A stretch of 64,000 bases of DNA from positions 248,001 through 312,000 of the IMG/VR virus record IMGVR_UViG_3300017991_000048; one strand, given 5' to 3'. The notes beneath the pieces are model-generated. The model saw only the letters and a program-made list of their open reading frames with translations. It did not search any database and was not told the origin of the DNA. The position numbers and the translations under genes are program-made. Positions 46,865 to 55,442 of the stretch are shown piece by piece. Every line of letters starts with the position of its first letter. Within the stretch, counting starts at the first letter, position 1.

Positions 46865-48484
46865 CTATTTGAACTTATCCTTGTTCTTCTGATGTTCCTC
46901 TCTCCACTTCTTGGCATCTTCAGGACTCATATTTTTGGTAGGATCAGCAGGTTTCCCCTCCTCGAATCGAGACTCTACTTCTTTCTCAGCTTCTTTTTCG
47001 TCTGAGGCGTAGTTCCTCATACCCATGGGCAGCGATGCCATATAGACTTCCTCATCCATAACTTCACTTTCAAAACGCCGCCAAGCATCTTCGGCTTTTT
47101 TCCCCACCATAAAAGTTTTGTCTCTAGGCCAATACAGCACCAAATCGCCACGCTTGAATGGGGTTCCATCGGATGCTTGACCTGGATACCGAGCGTGTAT
47201 CCAACGCGGATCGTATGAAGCAGCTTCTTTGTCTGAAGCTCTATACTCCCGGCGACCTTCCCCTTCATCGATCAAAGCTTTGACCCGCTCCGCTTCACGG
47301 GAAGATTTCTTGACCTTATAACCTAACAACTCTAAGTCTCTGGCCAAATCTCTTATCGTGTTAGTGACCTTCCAGTAAGAACTGTGAATCTCTTTGGCTC
47401 TGTCAATGATATTGTCAGGCATCCCCGCAAGCGGACCCATATCCGCCGCGAATCCCGTCAAAGCGTCTTCCAACGATTGATCTATGGTGCTGTTCTCACC
47501 CACACAAACAAAGAAGTTTTCAGCCGCTTGGATCAAAGCGGCCTGAAGATCCTCTGTGGACACCCCTTCGCCGTGCGGACGATTTCGAATCCTAAGAGGT
47601 TTAAGATTAGCCGCTGTCTTTGTCTCTGGTTCTTCTTGAGCCGCTGTCCTGTTCTCGTTCAAATAATCAGGATTGACCAAGAAGCTCTCGTTCGTAACCT
47701 TCCCGCGTGTCAACATTTGATGCTTTTCAGCTACAATGGTTCCACGATCCTTATAAACGGCTCCCATTGTCCGTTTGGTATGCATATAATGAGGACGCGG
47801 CCACCTAGCGTTAGCCAAAGCTTCGTTGAACTCCGCCTCTGTCGCGCTCTGCAACGCTTCAAACAACGCCGTGCGAACATCCATAGCCTCTGCCAATACA
47901 TTCCGAAGTTGTGAGGCTAATGCCATCCGACTCGGACGCTCTTCATCGGTTTTCAAAAGATTCGCAGCCAGACCACGCAGAGTGTCGGCAACCTGATCCC
48001 CTGTAGCGGTCTTTGACTGCCCTTCTAACTGAGAGATCAAGGCAGCCAACTTCTCTATATCTGCCTGTCCCGTGGACTCCACCTCTGTTGCTAAACGTTC
48101 AAGTTCGGCCACAGCCTCTGGAATATTCATAGCTATCTCTCCCTTAGATTGCTTAACCCGTCGAATCCGAATGTCTTTAAGGGCGTTCTCAAGTTCCTCG
48201 ACCTTCTCAGGATTCAAGGTGTCCTTGATTTCCTCATAATCTAACTTGGCCGCACCCAAGGCTGCGGCACTGAGAGCCCTGTCCAACCCTAATAAAGTCT
48301 CTGGAACCCCGTAGATCAGATGAGCAGCGACCTCAAAAAAATGGTCTTTATGCTCAGACTTGTTGATGAGTTTAACTCCCTCATCTACATACTTCCGAAG
48401 CTGAGCGCACTTCAGCCTAGCGTCTCCCAATTCCTCAAGGAGGAAGACCGATATGTTACTGGCTTCTTTGTTATGTTCTTCCAC
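46865..48484 (-). CDS. 539-aa multi-module hypothetical protein rich in K/R-x-A motifs
   Basis: KEAS, KTAT, RTAA, KTAA, KEAAS; RPSRMALASQL shared with 52664..53176. Confidence 0.75.
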   Translation of the reverse strand: MEEHNKEASNISVFLLEELGDARLKCAQLRKYVDEGVKLINKSEHKDHFFEVAAHLIYGVPETLLGLDRALSAAALGAAKLDYEEIKDTLNPEKVEELENALKDIRIRRVKQSKGEIAMNIPEAVAELERLATEVESTGQADIEKLAALISQLEGQSKTATGDQVADTLRGLAANLLKTDEERPSRMALASQLRNVLAEAMDVRTALFEALQSATEAEFNEALANARWPRPHYMHTKRTMGAVYKDRGTIVAEKHQMLTRGKVTNESFLVNPDYLNENRTAAQEEPETKTAANLKPLRIRNRPHGEGVSTEDLQAALIQAAENFFVCVGENSTIDQSLEDALTGFAADMGPLAGMPDNIIDRAKEIHSSYWKVTNTIRDLARDLELLGYKVKKSSREAERVKALIDEGEGRREYRASDKEAASYDPRWIHARYPGQASDGTPFKRGDLVLYWPRDKTFMVGKKAEDAWRRFESEVMDEEVYMASLPMGMRNYASDEKEAEKEVESRFEEGKPADPTKNMSPEDAKKWREEHQKNKDKFK

Positions 48485-48487
48485 GCA

Positions 48488-48528
48488 AAATCTCTCCGAA
48501 GTGAAACGTAATCACGGGAGAGATTTCA
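48488..48528 (-). promoter_or_regulatory. Hairpin sequestering the SD of the 539-aa gene
   Basis: AAATCTCTCC...GTGA-loop-TCAC...GGAGAGATTT; the GGAGAG arm is 7 nt before the GTG at 48484. Confidence 0.5.
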
Positions 48529-48544
48529 CAAGAAAAAACCCAAC

Positions 48545-49645
48545 TTAGCCCTGAAAGACTTCTGGAAACTCTTTTACCAGTTTGGCCTTAAAATCATCAG
48601 ATTCCGCTGCGAACACAGCCTTTATTACATCAGGCCGGTTTTCAAAATCAGCCTGGAGCCGAGCCATCTTTTTCTTTGGCGTAGCTGTAAAATCATAGGA
48701 ATCTGGAAATTCCGCACATATGCTGCGAGCAATCTGAACCCTGGCATCCTCAGTGCCTTTGAGTGCGGCCTTTGTCTTCTTGGCTCTCGGATGGGGCTCA
48801 GCCAGGGTTTTCTTAGGTCCGCCAGTGTTCTGGAATGTGATACCTTCTTCCACGAGGGTAGACTTCTGTGGCTTCCCATCCGACCCGGAGAGGTCCGCCA
48901 CGGCTACTCCACCGCCGACCTTCTGAGTTAGCTTCATGCCCTCTTTTTCCGTGGTTTTGGCCGTTTTGACCTTTCCTACCGAAGTGGGCTTATTCTTATC
49001 AGAAGCGTCGGAATCTACATACTGAGAGCGTAATGATTGCTTTTTCTCCAAATAAACTGCCCGATCCTCAGGAGACATACGATCCAAAGCTTCCTCTTCA
49101 GAAATACCCTCACCCGGATCAATTTGGACATTTTCCGCTGCTCTGACGGCTGAACCGGCTGACTCTGCTGTCAATGAATCCTTGGACTTAGCGGGAGTTT
49201 TTAGAGCCCGGACCGCAACTCCATCCTGCTTCTCTATAATGGCGTCATGCACTTTTCCGTGTGCTGTCTTATTCTGTTCTCTCGTCGAACTCGCGTGTTC
49301 AGCCGTGCTCATTACAACCTGCTCATCCATGTCGGTTGTTACGGACTCAACAGGCTTGGCCTCTCCGTCATCGTCAGTAGCCGGTCGAACCTTAATATTG
49401 GCTGAAACCGGCTTACCGTACTCCGGATTTCCCTCTTCATAGGCATCAGCCAGGACCAGCCAATTGGCTTTGATCGCCCCGCGAAGTTGCGGAAAATTGT
49501 ATGTTGCCCCGGCGTACTCAACGGTTGAACCGTCAAAGCTTACCTCAGAGTCCTTGGCCACCGTAATGTCAAAAGCACCCAAAGCAAAGCTACGGGTGGC
49601 TATAAAATTCTGAAACTCCCCTTGTTTGAATTTGATTTGTTCCAC
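48545..49645 (-). CDS. Hypothetical protein (charged low-complexity centre)
   Basis: 366-aa ORF, GGAG SD. Confidence 0.75.
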   Translation of the reverse strand: MEQIKFKQGEFQNFIATRSFALGAFDITVAKDSEVSFDGSTVEYAGATYNFPQLRGAIKANWLVLADAYEEGNPEYGKPVSANIKVRPATDDDGEAKPVESVTTDMDEQVVMSTAEHASSTREQNKTAHGKVHDAIIEKQDGVAVRALKTPAKSKDSLTAESAGSAVRAAENVQIDPGEGISEEEALDRMSPEDRAVYLEKKQSLRSQYVDSDASDKNKPTSVGKVKTAKTTEKEGMKLTQKVGGGVAVADLSGSDGKPQKSTLVEEGITFQNTGGPKKTLAEPHPRAKKTKAALKGTEDARVQIARSICAEFPDSYDFTATPKKKMARLQADFENRPDVIKAVFAAESDDFKAKLVKEFPEVFQG

Positions 49646-49721
49646 TATTAATCTCCATGTTCATTAGGGCATAGACCGCCCCTTATGAAAAACCATAAAT
49701 AAAGTATTAAGCCCAATTACT

Positions 49722-50363
49722 TTAAAGGGTCCAATCGATGGGTTCATTGAGCACGGCATTTGCCCTGGAGAAAGGCTTGCTCCCGAAAAACCCCTTGGAT
49801 GCACTCATCGGGCTTGGGTGTGCCGATTCGATAACGGTGTGCTTTTCGGTATCAATGAGGGATGCCTTGTCTCTTGCATATCGGCCCCAAAGCACAAAGA
49901 CCATGGACTGATCCCGGTCACTGAGAAGCTTGATCACAGCGTCCGTAAAGGTTTCCCACCCACGGTCTTTGTGAGATCCCGGCTCATGTGCCCTGACAGT
50001 CAGAACCGAGTTGAGTAAGAAAACGCCCTGTTGTGCCCATTTGGTTAGATTCCCGTGCGTGGGGATGGGGATTCCAAGGTCATTCCGTTGGGCTGTGCTT
50101 TTCTGTTCCGCCTACAACCCTGGCACCTCCAAGCCTGCAAAATATCTACAAAGAGCTTGGGCTTGGTTTCTGCCGTGATATGGGTCTTGACCCAGAATCA
50201 GGACACGGACCTTATCGAGCGGAGTCTTGAACGCTGTAAAAACTTGACCCTGAGGCGGGTATACAGTGGTTTCTGCGCGTTCCTGCTTTACGAATTCAAG
50301 GAGAGATTTGAAATAAGGCTTGTCGAACTCAGGATCTAAAGCGGTTTTCCAGGACGGATGCAC
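49722..50363 (-). pseudogene. ung: Family-1 uracil-DNA glycosylase disrupted by an internal 69-bp inversion
   Basis: Minus strand: HPSW...GQDPYHGRNQA, then NDLGIP...WAQQGVFLLN...FVLWG...HPSPMS. The missing GLCFSV...PPSLQNIYKEL segment is on the plus strand at 50089-50157. Re-inverting gives an intact ORF of about 213 aa from GTG 50363. Confidence 0.9.
50089..50157 (+). other. Inverted 69-bp segment of ung
   Basis: T GGG CTG TGC TTT TCT GTT ... TAC AAA GAG CT reads UDG residues on the opposite strand; both breakpoints are unambiguous. Confidence 0.92.
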
Positions 50364-50379
50364 ATGGGTGGTTACACCG

Positions 50380-50922
50380 TTATGGCAACGGTAAGGGCTT
50401 GGTGCCTTTAAACCCTGTACCCGGTAAAGAGCCTGCAATGGCATCTTGCTCTTCCTTGGACCAACTCCCAGCGCCTGGACGCTTACCCGCGTACACGGTA
50501 AAGAGTGCAAACAACCCGTTCCGGTTTGCCACTACTTTGGTATTACCCGAAGCAGATAACAGACCTTTTTGGTCCATTTGGGCCTTAAGTTCACGCCAAA
50601 CTCCTCCAAGAACTCTCTCTGCCTTCCGTAAACTACCAATAGTAGTACTAAAAGCCAAGCCAGCGTTCGGATAATCACCAACGTCATCAATTAGAACCCA
50701 TCCTGTTATACCCTTCGTACCAAGCGAAGCGTAAGGACCATCTAAAGAAGCAGTTTTCCAGTGGTTATGACGATTTTCCTCATCGCTGTATCCGGTGACT
50801 ATTGCTTGTTTTTCTGTCTTGCCCTCATCCTTGTCCTCGGATTTTTCCTTCATCTTCTTTTGCTGTTCCAAGAACTCAGGGGGAACCTTCTTCTTTGCGG
50901 CTTTCCAACGATTCTGATCCAT
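50380..50922 (-). CDS. Protein with MDQNRWKAA leader, KKKVPPEFLEQQKKMKEK module and internal NHWKTA
   Basis: 180-aa ORF, AAGGAG SD. Confidence 0.75.
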   Translation of the reverse strand: MDQNRWKAAKKKVPPEFLEQQKKMKEKSEDKDEGKTEKQAIVTGYSDEENRHNHWKTASLDGPYASLGTKGITGWVLIDDVGDYPNAGLAFSTTIGSLRKAERVLGGVWRELKAQMDQKGLLSASGNTKVVANRNGLFALFTVYAGKRPGAGSWSKEEQDAIAGSLPGTGFKGTKPLPLP

Positions 50923-50932
50923 GGTTCTCTCC

Positions 50933-51541
50933 TTAGCGGTCTACGCCAATATCTGAAATAAGCTTGTAAATCAAATCTTTCTGGCCGTTAGTGAACTTCC
51001 ACCTGACGTTCACGTTCTTGTCAGCCCAATCTTTTGGACTGCTTTTCTTTTCTTCTGACATGGCAAGCCAGTCAGCACACATCTCTGCAATATCCAGGTC
51101 TAACATCTTGGTAGCGTCCACCATTTCAGACGGCGGCTTGTCCCTGTCGTCGCGGTTTATCAAATCCACTTTCTTACTACAATGGAACTCAGGGTGGTGG
51201 CGGTTGTTCTTGACGTGGTGTTGCGTTGCCTCATTCATCTTGTCTTCGATACCATCAGGGGCATCGAACTTCTTACCATCGTCCTGGCACTTGTACTGCC
51301 ATGTGATCCAGATGTAAGGATCGATTTCAGGCTTCTTGAGCTTACTTTGGTCGTGGTCCTTGCCCTGTTCAACCAAACCCTTGAACTTCTTGGGGTCGTA
51401 CTTCTCAATCTTCTGACAATACTTCTGCACCCGCTCGATATGTTCACTGGTTCTCTTGTCAAACCAGTCCTTCATCTCCTGGGTAGGTTCGGTATCGGCA
51501 CGTAAGAATCGCGCCACTACGCGTCGAGCTGAAACGGTCAT
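50933..51541 (-). CDS. HD-superfamily hydrolase (DUF5662-like) with RRVVARFLRA leader
   Basis: HIERVQ, HDQSK, HHVKNNRHHPEFH, EMCADW. Confidence 0.75.
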   Translation of the reverse strand: MTVSARRVVARFLRADTEPTQEMKDWFDKRTSEHIERVQKYCQKIEKYDPKKFKGLVEQGKDHDQSKLKKPEIDPYIWITWQYKCQDDGKKFDAPDGIEDKMNEATQHHVKNNRHHPEFHCSKKVDLINRDDRDKPPSEMVDATKMLDLDIAEMCADWLAMSEEKKSSPKDWADKNVNVRWKFTNGQKDLIYKLISDIGVDR

Positions 51542-51547
51542 TTGTCC

Positions 51548-52012
51548 CTAATACTTTGGAGCTAACTCAGCCATCCGACGTATGAACCTGCGGGTAGCTG
51601 ATCTCCATGGTGCCAAATCCCTTACCTCTAACTCGTCACCAACATCATAGTCTAATAGCTCCTCCACTTCGTGTATGATCTCTCGCTCGACGTGATCCAC
51701 CAAACGATCTACATGACCAGAAGGTATGGTGCCTGCTGTCTTTGCGGCCAACGATCGTGGTCCATAACCTTTCTGAGGGCCGAGACGGTTAATTTGATTC
51801 TTTAGGATGCCCATCCACCTTATCACTTCATCAGCGGAAGTAAGCACCTCTTCAGGTTCGAACCTTGAGGCACCAAGCTCTTCATCTATGTACTTCAAAA
51901 GCTTTTTGACCTCACGAAGCTTTTGTTGAGCTTTCATATATTCGGCTCTCGTCACAGGGCTGCGCGAATAGGTGCCCACGGGAACAGCGGTCTTCCAACG
52001 GTTATGATCCAT
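51548..52012 (-). CDS. Two-module protein with MDHNRWKTA leader
   Basis: 154 aa; internal AKTAG. Confidence 0.7.
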   Translation of the reverse strand: MDHNRWKTAVPVGTYSRSPVTRAEYMKAQQKLREVKKLLKYIDEELGASRFEPEEVLTSADEVIRWMGILKNQINRLGPQKGYGPRSLAAKTAGTIPSGHVDRLVDHVEREIIHEVEELLDYDVGDELEVRDLAPWRSATRRFIRRMAELAPKY

Positions 52013-52021
52013 GATTCTCTC

Positions 52022-52651
52022 CTAATGTCCGTAGCCCCAGGCAGTCTGGTACTTGGGTTTGCCGTCCCACTTATAGGCGTGGCTGTAGCTTGTAAGCCTT
52101 ACAGAGTGGCCCGGTGACACCCGCTTGCGTTTGGGCGGTCCAGTGTATCTGCCCGGAACAGCCACCACATAATCCGCGCCTTCTGCTCTCCTGGCAACCT
52201 TCTGAGCTATCTCGCGGATCTCAATCTGTTTTGCTCCCGCGAGTCTCGTTACCTCATAAAAATCTACGTTGGTCTGGTCGTAGCCCCATGCAGAGTAAAG
52301 AATGTCTCCAACATTAAACTCGTGCTTGAACTCCCGCCGTTCCTTCTTTCTTCTTTCCTTTTCCTCCAAGGTTCTTCTGCGTCCGTCAGCCGAGTCTTCA
52401 ATATGTTTCTCGCGTTGGGCTTCGCTGCGGAAAGAATAGTGGTATAGAGGCTTCTGTGACTTACCCTGAAAAGCTATGGCAACATACTTGGGTCTGCCGT
52501 TCCGGTCCTCACCGTCATACTGATAAACCACCTGATCAGTGCCTCTGGGAACGTAAGGTTTCTGATCTCTGACCTCTTTGGGCAGATAGAAATCACGGGG
52601 CATTACCACCCGTGGACGGTAAGCTGTTTTGCGGTGGTCGTAAGAATACAT
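52022..52651 (-). CDS. Protein with YSYDHRKTA leader; WGYDQTNVDFY domain
   Basis: C-domain paralogous to 54493..54828. Confidence 0.75.
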   Translation of the reverse strand: MYSYDHRKTAYRPRVVMPRDFYLPKEVRDQKPYVPRGTDQVVYQYDGEDRNGRPKYVAIAFQGKSQKPLYHYSFRSEAQREKHIEDSADGRRRTLEEKERRKKERREFKHEFNVGDILYSAWGYDQTNVDFYEVTRLAGAKQIEIREIAQKVARRAEGADYVVAVPGRYTGPPKRKRVSPGHSVRLTSYSHAYKWDGKPKYQTAWGYGH

Positions 52652-52663
52652 TTCAGAGCCTTT

Positions 52664-53176
52664 CTACTCTTCAGATACCAAATCATCCACCAGGAATACG
52701 CTGACACGATCCCCCACCTGTTTTACACGGGTCTCGGCAAACTTTTCTAACCCTCGCGCCATGGCCATCATGGTTTCGTAGTATTTTTCGCGATCACGAT
52801 TATCTCGCACACCTACCGCAATCGTCTTCCTGCCCCTCCAATCCTCATTGAAATCAGTCCAGATCTTTAACTCTCTGTCAACAACCGGGAACAGGTGCTT
52901 CATCCACGCCAAGGCGTTATCCACGTGAGGTACTCGCCACGGCTCCGGAGTATAACCCGGAGCAACTCGTGCAGGAGTGGCCCAGGTGAAAGGTCGAAAA
53001 CGTGCTGGAAGCCTATCATAGATGCTTCTGGGATTTCTAGGCCCCAGAGCGACACGGCTCGCAAGGTCATTTAAATCAGATGCCAGCCTCTCCCGGCTTG
53101 GTTGGTCAGACTCACAATAAGCCACAAGGCGTCGGAGTTCATCTTGAAGGTCTTGGGGGTTAGCTATTTTTTTCAT
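52664..53176 (-). CDS. Protein with KKIANPQDL...PSRERLASDL...RVA N-terminal module
   Basis: 170-aa ORF, GAGG SD. Confidence 0.7.
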   Translation of the reverse strand: MKKIANPQDLQDELRRLVAYCESDQPSRERLASDLNDLASRVALGPRNPRSIYDRLPARFRPFTWATPARVAPGYTPEPWRVPHVDNALAWMKHLFPVVDRELKIWTDFNEDWRGRKTIAVGVRDNRDREKYYETMMAMARGLEKFAETRVKQVGDRVSVFLVDDLVSEE

Positions 53177-53190
53177 GTTCTTTGCCTCTC

Positions 53191-53754
53191 TTACTCATAA
53201 TATGCCAAGGCGTTATGATCCCCGGCGGCGTCAGTGATCAGTCCTTTTGCATCAGCTAAAACTTTAATCTCTAGTTCAGCAGACTCAATAGCATCCTCTA
53301 TCTGAGTAATTAACTCATTGGCGAGTTCATATCTTTCATCCTCAGACCTAGTTTTGTCCAAAGCATTGAAGTACGCCTTTGCCGCTTTTTCCAAGGGTTG
53401 ATTTTCATCTAAAAACTGCCTTCGCGCTATCGACCTAGCGATGTTATAAGCTTTGCGACGGACAGCAATATTGGGTTCTTCGGCAGCAGTTTTTTTGCTC
53501 TTCTGCTTTGACAAGAACTGAGGTGGTATTTTGCCTTTGCCTTTGCTGTCGCCGCCCTTCTTCTCATCTTTGTCGCTGTTGCCCTTGGCCTTTTCCTTCA
53601 TCTTCTTCTGCTGTTCCAAGAACTCAGGCGGAACCTTCTTCTTTGCGTATCGTTTGACAACACGTTCTGCTAATTTTGACATTAGAATTTTTCTCCAGCT
53701 ATTTTCTATGCAGTCCGATCTCCAGATGGGTCCACTCATCAACGTAGTCAACAT
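53191..53754 (-). CDS. Protein with ERVVKRYA leader and KKKVPPEFLEQQKKMKEK module
   Basis: Probable start ATG 53682 (MSKLAERVV) after GGAG. Confidence 0.72.
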   Translation of the reverse strand: MLTTLMSGPIWRSDCIENSWRKILMSKLAERVVKRYAKKKVPPEFLEQQKKMKEKAKGNSDKDEKKGGDSKGKGKIPPQFLSKQKSKKTAAEEPNIAVRRKAYNIARSIARRQFLDENQPLEKAAKAYFNALDKTRSEDERYELANELITQIEDAIESAELEIKVLADAKGLITDAAGDHNALAYYE

Positions 53755-54463
53755 CTACCCTAACAGTATCGCGGCCAAATTCCTTAATGACAGCCTGAGC
53801 CAGCGTATTCGCTTCTCTCAGATCCTCTCGACCAGGAGCATCATCTCCCATGTCACCGTGCTCTCTGGTGGAGTAAAACAAGTGCTTGGGACTCTCATCC
53901 TCCAAATCCATCCAGGTACGCTGTTTCTTGATAAAATCTTTGACATCCTTGATGGAGACTTCGCCCCCACGAGTGCCTTTCTTGGGGCCACCTAAAGCGA
54001 AAAGCAGAGCTTCAGGGGTAATCTTTGCCAAGACCTTTTTGATATCCCGGACCGTGGGCACTCTCTCAGACTTAACGGTATGCGCTGGATAAGCACCGCC
54101 AGTGGGTGGCACCCACAACTGCACCTCCCAAGTTGGCTCTTTTAGAATCCATCTTCCAGGAGTAACGTAATCCCCTCTTACTGCACGATGGTTCATCCGT
54201 CCAGAAATGGACATGATCTTATGCCCGTCAACTTCAATATCCTGCTCAAAACCCACATGGGAAGTGGGAATCCCATATATATTTTCTGGGGGATAGGCGA
54301 CCTTAAAGCCCTCTGGGAGCATAGTGAGTAAGATCTTACCTGCTCGCCTCGCGGTGCCTTTGGCGGTTTTGAACTCGCGCCCGTATAGCTCTATAGCGTC
54401 CCGGACCATCGACTCTTTTTTTGGTCTAGGGGTGGCAAAGCGTCTGTCGTAGCTGTAGTTCAT
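53699..54463 (-). CDS. Protein with NYSYDRRFA leader
   Basis: 254-aa ORF. Confidence 0.72.
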   Translation of the reverse strand: MNYSYDRRFATPRPKKESMVRDAIELYGREFKTAKGTARRAGKILLTMLPEGFKVAYPPENIYGIPTSHVGFEQDIEVDGHKIMSISGRMNHRAVRGDYVTPGRWILKEPTWEVQLWVPPTGGAYPAHTVKSERVPTVRDIKKVLAKITPEALLFALGGPKKGTRGGEVSIKDVKDFIKKQRTWMDLEDESPKHLFYSTREHGDMGDDAPGREDLREANTLAQAVIKEFGRDTVRVDVDYVDEWTHLEIGLHRK

Positions 54464-54492
54464 AACCCTGTCTTAGTAAGTGGATGAAAAGA

Positions 54493-54828
54493 TCAGTGGC
54501 CGTATAGCTTGCTGGTCTGGAACTTTGGTCTTCTGTCCCACTTTCGGGCGTAAACATTAGAGTCTATTTTGACAGTGCCATCCGGGGTAACCCGCTTACG
54601 CATGGGCTTGGAATTGCGAGCAAATCGGCCAATCATGGGTCTGATGAAAAACCCGTTCTTTGTCTGCCTGACGGTCTTTTGCGCGAGCGCCTGGATCTCG
54701 ACTTGGGGTTCTCCAAGGGTTCTGAGGATCTGATAGAAATCAACGTTGGAATCCTCATAGCCCCAGGACGCGAAGAGGACGTCTCCGGGGATGAGATTGT
54801 GAGCTATTTTCCATCGGAGGTGGTCCAC
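54493..54828 (-). CDS. Protein with MDHLRWKIA leader; WGYEDSNVDFY domain
   Basis: Paralogue of the C-domain of 52022..52651. Confidence 0.72.
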   Translation of the reverse strand: MDHLRWKIAHNLIPGDVLFASWGYEDSNVDFYQILRTLGEPQVEIQALAQKTVRQTKNGFFIRPMIGRFARNSKPMRKRVTPDGTVKIDSNVYARKWDRRPKFQTSKLYGH

Positions 54829-54851
54829 ACCTTAGACTACAAAATGGAGCA

Positions 54852-55115
54852 TTAAATGCCAACTTCTTGACGGGCATCTAAACAATGAGCACCCCCTACT
54901 TTATACTCTATGCAGTTCGCGGGTCGAATGTCATAAAGCCTGCACCTGACTTGTTCTCCGACTGTTCCTTCCAGGGCGTTACATCGCCCTTTGGTAGCAG
55001 CCATGTACCATCCTTGAACATATTCTTCGGGCAGTCTTGCCTGATCCTCCCTGGTCAATCTGACATGACTGCATACGCAGCAAGCCCCACAAGTCATACA
55101 ATCGAGGTCAGGCAC
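54852..55115 (-). CDS. YkgJ-family (CxxCxxCC) Zn/Fe-S cluster protein
   Basis: CMTCGACC...C..L....C..Y..RP..C. Confidence 0.85.
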   Translation of the reverse strand: MPDLDCMTCGACCVCSHVRLTREDQARLPEEYVQGWYMAATKGRCNALEGTVGEQVRCRLYDIRPANCIEYKVGGAHCLDARQEVGI

Positions 55116-55442
55116 CTAGTTGGTCCCTTCATCATACATAACATCTTCGGTAACAAAAGAACTGAGAAGCCCCTCTACCTCCAAGGATCTTAGCTTCTTT
55201 TCAGACCCCTCCACAGAAATAGTATGCGTATCTGCCACTATTTTAATATCTGGGTTCTTAGTGGTAACTTCACTCATTCTCACGCACAATCGAGCGGCTT
55301 CATTGTATAATGCAGCCTGTGCTTGAAGCCCTTTACTAATATTACCCTTGGCCTCTTCTATCTGAGCACTCAAATCAGACCCTTGTTTGTAAACCGGAAG
55401 TCGGAGTTCGTAGCATCTCGCCATATTACACCTCGCATTCAA
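55116..55442 (-). CDS. Hypothetical protein
   Basis: 108-aa ORF. Confidence 0.55.
   Translation of the reverse strand: MNARCNMARCYELRLPVYKQGSDLSAQIEEAKGNISKGLQAQAALYNEAARLCVRMSEVTTKNPDIKIVADTHTISVEGSEKKLRSLEVEGLLSSFVTEDVMYDEGTN

Noticed and set aside
50089-50163. Site-specific invertase switch at ung
   Set aside because: There are no flanking inverted repeats and no recombinase gene in the window; kept only as an inversion of unknown mechanism.
50380-50510. N-terminal MHSLPCTRV... extension of the ORF-track 132-aa protein
   Set aside because: It overlaps the 180-aa gene; ung homology starts at about GTG 50363.
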